Assembly: GCA_951406725.2 (NCBI GenBank)
Contig: OX597826.1
Location: 74,586,001 to 74,650,000 of the forward strand
Reading direction: 5' to 3'
Source of the DNA: Octopus vulgaris
Lineage: Eukaryota
Length of the DNA: 64,000 nt
Translations under genes and position numbers: made by a program
In this document: in pieces, positions 54,813-64,000 of the stretch
How positions within the stretch are numbered: the first letter of the stretch is position 1
Layout of the letters: the number at the start of each line of letters is the position of its first letter
The notes under the pieces: model-generated
Database searches by the model: none
What the model was told of the DNA's origin: nothing
The model's input: the letters and a program-made list of their open reading frames with translations, nothing else

Positions 54813-55709
54813 TATATCAATTTCCATCAACAAAAGACAGTTTCAGACAATTCTAATTCGGGTTTTTTCAGTTTTTCGTAATTTTGTTAATGTTTTTTTC
54901 TTCATTTTATTTTGTTTCCAATTCTCTTAGAGAAAACAGTTAATCCCAGCCCTTTCAGCTTCGCATTTATTTCTGTGTTGTAGATGTTTAAAAGTTCTAC
55001 AACGACTACCAATCTCCAGTTACAGTTATTAACACACTTCTATTAGAGATGTTTTCGCGTAATTAATCATTGTAATTGAGAAATACTTGTCACTCATTCT
55101 TAATCATTTATCACGCAGCCAATCATCCGCCCCGCCACTCTCTGTATGGGAATGCCTGTTGTAGCAAAGTTACAAGCTACAGCCCATTTGACTAATATTC
55201 TCATTCAGACAACCGCTCTCGTAAATTACACAGTAAATACGAACCGAGAAAATCGTAAAAACCACAGAAAGAAAACTTATTTGCTTCTCTAAATGCGTTC
55301 TTTTATGTTCACACGGTAATTTATCTCTATTCTGGACGATCTGGAATATAAGTAAAGAATATAAATGAAATGTTAAGCCATTTACTTTTGCTTGTCTATT
55401 TGCCATAATGTCTACCGTTTCAATAGGATTAAGGGACAAAAGTGAAAAAAAAAAAAAAAAATAGGACACGATAAAACTTTAATAATGGCTTTTAAAATTG
55501 ATACGAAAAACATTATAGGGGAGAGAGATGTATTCAGTTGAATAAACTCCTGTATACCACAAGTATTTATTTGATCGAAACTGTTTTGATGAAAAGCTAA
55601 GTCATTCGCATGTTATTTGAATTCAGACTCAGAACGTGGCAAGAAAATGTGTAGAAAATGCAGATTAAAACAGAATACTGTATTGCCGAGTATCTCTCAG
55701 AGCAGAGTC

Positions 55710-55971
55710 TAGTCCGGTGACGACGGAATTTTCCATTATATTAGACTATATTTATCTGCGTTGGGGAAATAAATAAATATTTCATTTTTAATGTTCAGAT
55801 AGTTGCCACAGTTGTCATTTTAAAGAAAAAAAAACATAAACAGAAGGCCTCGGTTTCAGGGAAGTCTCAAAGTCGATCGACTCACTCCCTGTACATGGCT
55901 GGTACTTTGGTTCATCGGCCCTGGAACGATGAAAGGCAAAGTTGGCCTTGGTGCAATTTAAAGTTAGTGTA

Positions 55972-56023
<52 letters not shown>

Positions 56024-56351
56024 TGTGTGTGTGTGCACTTACATATAGTATATTTAGCCAGGAGGTTCAAAAGTTTCCGACGAACCTCATTCGTCGAAAG
56101 CACTCATGTGCAAACACACACGAACACACAGTCCACTTATAATGTTACTCGTATGGCCCTGTGGTTATAAGAAAAGCAAAATCAAATGTGGGAAGAAGAA
56201 AGTGTGGTAAAGGGACAGATAAATATCAAATGCTAGAGTGTCTAGCCATAGTCCAGTGACGACGGAATTTTCCGTTATATTAGACTATATTTATCTGTAT
56301 ATGGACATAAATAAATATTTCATCTTTAATGTTCAGATAGTTGCCACAGTT
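55710..56351 (+). repeat. About 104-bp direct repeat pair (55710-55813 and 56249-56351)
   Basis: tagtcc(g/a)gtgacgacggaattttcc...aataaatatttcat...gttcagatagttgccacagtt occurs twice. Confidence 0.9.
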
Positions 56352-56690
56352 TTTGGGTTCGTTTCTTTTTTCTTTTTACCTGCATAAAATTTGTACCTTT
56401 TTAATTTGTAAAAACTACATTTTCTCAATTCGCTAACGCATGACTTTGATATTTGACAGACTCTCCATTCGATGCTGTGATCAGTCGCTGTCCAGTTAGT
56501 TGTTAAATGCCGACAGTTATCGAAACTCTGAGTTTTAGTATGACAACCAAATAGTTGTCACATATTATATTTATAGATAAAGTCCTCTGTTTTACATAAT
56601 ATCGAGGTCTCATTCATTCTTTTGCTGTCATATCATTATTATTAATACATACACATACACACACACATATATATGTATGTATGTATGTAT

Positions 56691-56722
<32 letters not shown>

Positions 56723-56832
56723 TCGTTTTTGTAGTTGGTTTGCAAGATTCTCTATGAGATTCGTGTGTTGAAGCATATTTTATTTTCTGGTGAGAGCCAT
56801 TCTCTTTTAGTGCCTTATTAGTGTGTGTCTGT

Positions 56833-56998
56833 GTGGAGGCGCAATGGCCCAGTGGTTAGGAGCATCGGACTCGCGGTCGTAGGATCGCGGTTTCGATTCC
56901 CAGACCGGGCGTAATGGGTGTTTATTGAGCGGGAACACCTAAGGCTCCACGAGACTCAGACTCTTTCACCACAACTTTCACCCTTTCTTCCTGTTTCT
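56833..56998 (+). mobile_element. SINE family C 5' half
   Basis: ggaggcgcaatggcccagtggttagg...ggtttcgattcccagacc. Confidence 0.85.
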
Positions 56999-57500
56999 GT
57001 CTGTATGTCTGTCTGTCTGTTTGTATGTATGTATGTATGTATATACACGTACATTTACACACACGCACACACATATATAAGGGTATGATCCAGGGATCCA
57101 AGTGTAGGAAACTTGTAAGTTTCAAGCAGTCCGTGACAAGTATAGAAAACAAAAAGTCGATAGTACAGGGTTAGGAACAATTTATTAGCATCGAAGGTTA
57201 CACTGTTTTATCCATGAGTGGACAAACGAAAGGAAAAGGCACAAAACACAATTAGTCGGCGTTACTACATAGGTTATTATTTAACTGTTTGATTCGGTTC
57301 CAGGAGACTTAAAGTTTCGCAGGGTTCTAACAGAAACCTGACCTGAAAGAGCTAGGTCGCTGTTAGAAGCCTGCGAGTCGCATAGAGCCGAATCAAACTT
57401 TTAACAACAACAACAACAACAACAATAATAATAACAATAATAATAATAATGTCAATAATAATAATAATGTATGTGTATTTATATATTGTATGTATGTATG

Positions 57501-57559
<59 letters not shown>

Positions 57560-57561
<2 letters not shown>

Positions 57562-58022
57562 GTGTGGTAAGATGCTTGTTTCCCAACGACATTGTTCTGG
57601 GTTCAGTCCCACTGCGTGGCACCTTGGGCAAGTGTCTTCTAGTCTCTGGCCTACGAAAATCTTGTGAGTGAATTTGGTAGACGAAAACGGAAAGAAACCC
57701 GTTATGTATATACACATACATATGTTTGTGTGTCTGTGTTTGTTCCCCCTTCCATCGATATTGGTGGGTTTACGACCCCGTAACTTAGCGGTTCGACAAA
57801 AAGCATTCGATAGAATAAGTGCTTGGCTTGCAAAGACTAAGTCGTGGAGTTGCTCCAACATTGCCGCTGTCAAACGACTGAAACAAGCAAAAGAATACTT
57901 GACAAACGTATTTTAGTTTCCGTCTACCAAATCCACTCACAAGACACTTGACCAAGGTGCTACGCAGGGGGACTAAAGCCAAAACCATGTGGTTGGGAAG
58001 CAAGTTTCCTACTACACAGCCA
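57560..58022. mobile_element. SINE family A copies in opposite orientation (+ 57560-57900, - 57913-58022)
   Basis: Both match family A. Confidence 0.85.
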
Positions 58023-58030
58023 CTCTTGAG

Positions 58031-58074
<44 letters not shown>

Positions 58075-58092
58075 TACAAGAGTGGCCTATAC

Positions 58093-58152
<60 letters not shown>

Positions 58153-58171
58153 GTACATGAGTGGCCTATAC

Positions 58172-58216
<45 letters not shown>

Positions 58217-58230
58217 TACATGAGTGGCCT

Positions 58231-58624
<394 letters not shown>

Positions 58625-58629
58625 TTATT

Positions 58630-58818
58630 GGCGATTTTTTCCTCTGTCTTCCCTTCTCTGGATCTTTCCTTCTCCTATGTTTCCGACGAAGAGCTCCGCT
58701 CGAAACGTTAAAACCTCCTTCTTTCCTTCTTTCCTGAGCGTCCAATAATACTATATTTGTTCCACGTCCTCGCGTTGTTGTATTTTTTTTTTGTGTTTTC
58801 TTGTTTGGATTAACTTTA
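58630..58818 (+). mobile_element. Non-autonomous PLE-type element with variant HHR (58679-58713)
   Basis: Same CCGACGA-A-GAGCtccGCTC-GAAACGTT motif as at 40698; flanked by (TA)n. Confidence 0.85.
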
Positions 58819-58847
58819 TATATATATATATATATATACTGTGCCTT

Positions 58848-58884
<37 letters not shown>

Positions 58885-58913
58885 ACTTTTGTACATTCTA
58901 TGCATTGTGTGTT

Positions 58914-58974
<61 letters not shown>

Positions 58975-59046
58975 TAGTAGTAGTAGAAGGGGAGGAGAAA
59001 GGAGAAGTTGATCTCTAGACAGGATTTGTGATATTCTATTTTCGGA

Positions 59047-59084
<38 letters not shown>

Positions 59085-59163
59085 GCATGCTCTCCCTCTC
59101 CCTTTCCCCCTCTAATGTAGACACGCCAAGAAGCAGACTGCTGTATGTAGGATATGTATGTAT

Positions 59164-59208
<45 letters not shown>

Positions 59209-59437
59209 CAGCAGTGTGTGCTACTAACCTACTGATCCACTAATGCGAAGCCAACATACTGTGTTTGCTGAGAGGAGGACCTCCAGGATGTGAACCCAGT
59301 AACCTTGTCTCTCTCACTACCGCCACACACCGCCTGCATTATGTTTTCCCACCCACCCGCTGCAGACACACACACGCATTCGAAATGCATACACATGTGT
59401 TCATACGCACACACACACACACATATATGTATGTATG

Positions 59438-59654
<217 letters not shown>

Positions 59655-60259
59655 ATATATATGTATATAGTGAGAGACGCTGATACACACGCACACACAC
59701 CTTCACACACGCACACACACACATATATAGAGAGAGAGAAGAAAAAGAAGAGAGAGAAAGAAGAGAGAAAGAGAAAAGAAGATAGAGAGAGAAGAGAGAG
59801 GGAAGAGAGACAGAGACACTGGCACACGCACACACCTTCACGCACAAATATATACGCGCACACATACACACACACACACGCACACACACATACACACACA
59901 CACGCACACACACGCACGCGTAAACAGAGAGGAAGAAGGGGTTCATAAAAATTCCCGCCTCAGATAAACTTGGTAAGTTTAACAACTATATAGGAGCCTG
60001 AATGGTGAACCGGGGTAGCATGTGGGGTAGAGACGGATGGAGGGAGTGAAGAGAAAAGATGGAATGGCCGAGGAAGCGAAGGTGGTGGAGATGGAAGGCG
60101 TTAATAAAAAATGGGTGAGAAGTCCACTTGGAGGTTTCGATTACATCCTTGAGAACTTTACCAAGTTCGTCACTGCGACTAACCTTTTAACTGCGAAATT
60201 GAAAAAGATCAGACCTGGTTTACACTAAAAAATCCTGGTTATTCCAGTAATGACATTAA

Positions 60260-60334
<75 letters not shown>

Positions 60335-60347
60335 TAAATAAAACATA

Positions 60348-60395
<48 letters not shown>

Positions 60396-60567
60396 TGTAC
60401 GTACCTACCTCTACATGTATATATACACGCATATATGAGTACAGGACACCAAAAAAACGTCGAACACAATGAGACACGAAAACATAGCCACAAACCCAAG
60501 GAACTGGACATTTTTCTTAAACAACAAAAAAATAGAGTACAGGACAAATAACACAGGGAAAAAACCC

Positions 60568-60614
<47 letters not shown>

Positions 60615-61064
60615 CATAATCAAAAAGGGTAATAACATAGGTTGTTATTACCAGTGGCCTAGCACAAAAGACGAATTAGTCATTAGACAAAATATTATTC
60701 ATATAGAAATATAATAAAATAATAAAATAAATTATTATTATTATATTATTTTTTCGTTTCGTTTCGTTTCTCCTTCTCCAAGTACAGTTTATTTATATAT
60801 ACATATATATATATATATATAAGAAATGGAAAGAAGAAAGAGATAGAGAAAGAAAAATGGAATTGATATTTTAAATCATGTTGCCTCGATAAACTTGACA
60901 TATCTTGGCAAAGCAGCTACAAACATGATATTCCTCAACATAAGACAGACTGCTTTCCGCAGTCAAGGGTAATGAAAGTTTGAAGTGGGTAGATCTGATT
61001 TCTGTAGTAAAAGGGTTAAAGAACACGAGCGGCTCCATATGGCGAAATGGAAATAAACTTAATC

Positions 61065-61457
61065 CGTTCTGCTATAAGGATCAAGGCCTGGAACTTTGAG
61101 GAAAGTGGGTAAGTCGGTTAGATCGACCGCAGTGTTTCACTGGTATTTAATTTATCGACGCCGAAAGAATGATAGGCAAAGTCGACCTCGGCGGAATTTG
61201 AACCCAGAACGTGAAGCCGGACGAAATGGCGTTAACCATTTTATCCGGCATGCTAATGTTTCTGCCAGCTTTCCACCTTATTGGAGTAAAAACATTCTTT
61301 TCTACTCTAGGCACAAGGCCCGAAATTTTGGGTGAGGGAGACAATCGATTAGATCGACCCCAGTACGCAACTGGTACTTGATCTATCGACCCCGAAAGGA
61401 TGAAAGGCAAAGTCGACCTCGGCAGAATTTGAACTCAGAACGTAAAGATAGACGAAA
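61065..61457 (-). mobile_element. Two tandem SINE family B copies
   Basis: The family B core occurs twice. Confidence 0.88.
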
Positions 61458-61775
61458 TGCGTGGCTTAATGACTGGAACTTTCGACTCACGGTCGTAAGG
61501 TCGTGAGTTCGATTCCCGGCGACGCGTTGTGTCCTTGAGCAAGACACTTTATTTCACGTTGCTCCAGTCCACTCAGATGGCAAAAATGAGTTGTACTTGT
61601 ATTTCAAAGGGCCAGCCTTGTCACACAGTGTGTCATGTTGAATCTCCCCGAGAACTACGTTAAGGGTACACGTGTCTGTGGAGTGCTCAGCCACTTGCAC
61701 GTTAATTTCACGTGCAGGCTTTTCCGTTGATCGGACCAGCTGGGACACTCGTCGTAGCAACCGACGGAGTGCTCC
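61458..61775 (+). mobile_element. tRNA-derived SINE family D, full length
   Basis: gcgtggcttaatg...gagttcgattccc head and gtgtccttgagcaagacact body. Confidence 0.88.
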
Positions 61776-61811
61776 TCTTTTTTTTTGTTGTTGCTGTTGC
61801 AACAACACCAC

Positions 61812-61854
<43 letters not shown>

Positions 61855-62339
61855 AGCATCAGCATCATCATATAAATGTATGTATTTGTGTATGTCTATG
61901 TGTGTCTAAGTGTGTCTGTCTGTCTGTCTGTCTGTCTGTATGTATGTATGTATGTATGTATGTATGTATGTATGTAGGCAGGTAGGTAGGTAGGTAGGCA
62001 GGTAGGTAGGTAGGTAGGCAGGTAGGTAGGTAGGTAGGCAGGTAGGTAGGTAAACCTTTCCATTTCATTCGTGTAGTCGATGGAAGGGTAAATTGAGGAC
62101 AGAGTAAAAGGTAAAAAAAAAAGGTGTCTTGCGGAAGGGGGTGAAAAAGGGAAGTAGGAAGTAGAGAGAGAAGGGTGGGAAGAGAGGGAGAGAGAGAGAA
62201 TAGAAGTGGAAAAGAGGAAATGAGGAGAATCGCGGCGGAAGTGAGGGGGGGGGGAGAAAAGGAAAGAAAAGTGGAGAGGATAAATAAATGAGATTGCTGG
62301 AAATCATTGTTGTGAGAGGAACGAAGACAAGAGAGTGGA

Positions 62340-62413
62340 TTGAGAGAGAGAGAGGGGGGAGGAGGGAGAGGGAGAGAGAGAGACAAACAGAGACAGAGAG
62401 AGAGAGAGACAGA

Positions 62414-62447
<34 letters not shown>

Positions 62448-62558
62448 CAGACAGACAAACAGAGCGAGAGAGAGAGAGAGAGACAGACAGAGAGAGACAG
62501 ACAGAGAGAGAGAGACAGAGAGAGAGAGAGGCAGAGACAGACAGACAAACAGAGACAG

Positions 62559-62589
<31 letters not shown>

Positions 62590-62735
62590 CAGACAGAGAG
62601 AGACAGAGAGACAGAGACAGACAGACAAACAGAGACAGAGAGAGAGACAGACAGACAGAGACAGAGAGAGACAGAGAGAGACAGAGACAGAGAGAGACAG
62701 ACAGACAGACAGACAGAGAGAGAGAGAGAGAGAGG
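62340..62735. repeat. (AG)n/(AGAC)n compound microsatellite
   Basis: Visible directly; source of the 358-371 aa pseudo-ORFs. Confidence 0.96.
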
Positions 62736-62879
62736 AAAAACGAAAGAAGAAACAAAAGGAAAGAAAGAAGAAAAGAAGTGTAGGAAGAAATGTGAGAAAT
62801 GAGAGAAATGTAGTGGTGAAGGGTAGTAAGAAGACGGATAAATAAGAAGATATTGATGGAGAGAGATAGAGAAAAAAGA

Positions 62880-62939
<60 letters not shown>

Positions 62940-62943
<4 letters not shown>

Positions 62944-63155
62944 TTTGTGTGCGTGCGTGTGTGCCAGTGGGTATTCCCACCACTGCTTGACAACCGGCGT
63001 TGGTGTGTTTACGTTTCCATAACTAAGCAGTTCGGCAAAATTGACCGATAGAATAATTATCAAACTTAAAAAAAAAATCCTGGGATCGATTTGTTTGACT
63101 AAAAATCCTTCAAGAAGGTGCCCTAGCATGGCCGCAATCAAATAACTGAAACAGG
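62940..63155 (+). mobile_element. SINE family A 3' half
   Basis: gcttgacaaccg...gcatggccgcaatcaaataactgaaaca. Confidence 0.8.
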
Positions 63156-63284
63156 TTTTATTTTACGTCTTATTATTATTCAAGTAATTAGTCATGTAAT
63201 TAACCAATTTACAAACCGATAATCTGTCTAATCTTTTCATTAACCAATCATTAATCAATCAATTTCGTTCCGTCGCCAATCGCG

Positions 63285-63640
63285 AAATTTAGTGTGCATT
63301 ACTCTGAGAACATCAGAAAGATCCGTGCATGACCTTGTGTCAATTCTTCTGTGAAACGGTCGGTAGGAGGTTTGTTTATTTTTTTCATCAGAGAAGAACG
63401 AAAACATGCCACCATATTCGCAAGAGCTTTTTAAAACTTTATTAAGATTCGATGACCTTCCTGCATCTTTGGAGACATGAATCACTCTTCCGCAGTACAT
63501 ACGACTTATATCGAAGACCCTCGTCCACTCCGACATCTGAAGTTCAATATTCATGGCTCTCAATGATTTTTCGGAATCATTGATACTGTTTCGAAATCGT
63601 TCGATGAATTGCAGCGTTCAAAATACAGTGCCCCAACATT
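63285..63640 (-). mobile_element. Decayed Tc1/mariner-superfamily transposase fragment (maT/DD37D-like)
   Basis: An HTH-like FIERFRNSINDSEKSLRAMNIELQMSEWT and FFSDEKN...RRID...D..DV.RVMHTKF around the first catalytic Asp. Confidence 0.7.
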
Positions 63641-63956
63641 TAGAACTTTTTCTTTAATCCTTTGATAGAATTGAAACAATCCCGCCAGAGGTTTCCTATT
63701 CTATCCAAACATTTTGTACAAAATATCTTGCAGCATTTTAAAAAATTTCTTGTGTTAGTATTTTATTGGGCATGGGGGATCCCCACCCCAAGGCCTTTTA
63801 TTTGGTTTGAAGAGAATACGATAAGTGTGTGTGTGTGTGTATGTAGCGGGATGTCATTGTGAGAAAGACCATGCGTTTAAGGATCATTTCCTAAGTGTGT
63901 ATCGTAACAGCTTACAACTATATATGTGACATGTATATATATATACACATACACAA

Positions 63957-63989
<33 letters not shown>

Positions 63990-64000
63990 CACACGTTACA

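Noticed and set aside
61868-63141. 371 and 358 aa ORFs
   Set aside because: They consist of (AG)/(AGAC)/(GT) repeats plus SINE sequence.

Overview
This is AT-rich eukaryotic (animal) non-coding DNA, saturated with microsatellites ((TA)n, (CA)n, (TACA)n, (TAGA)n, (AAT)n, (AAAG)n) and transposable elements. The SINE families resemble those I associate with octopus genomes, so the source is probably a coleoid cephalopod intron or intergenic region (inference, no search run). I found no intact protein-coding gene; nearly all listed ORFs are translated microsatellites. Recognisable content: four tRNA-derived SINE families (here called A-D, dozens of copies), decayed LINEs (CR1, RTE, an R4/Dong-like and a CRE-like RLE element), two relics of Penelope-like element (PLE) proteins, mariner/Tc1, piggyBac-like and Helitron pieces, and TIR MITEs. 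The most striking theme is a set of short non-coding elements carrying type I hammerhead ribozyme (HHR) motifs and fold-back (inverted 3'-end) structures typical of PLE insertions. One of them, bounded by a 17-bp target-site duplication (TSD), joins a tRNA-like Pol III head to an HHR tail and is a candidate PLE-mobilised SINE. Other oddities are a 5.2-kb block bounded by a perfect 46-bp duplication, an RLE LINE apparently targeting (TACA)n, a minisatellite built from a SINE B-box, and a locally templated insertion. Coordinates of decayed elements are approximate.
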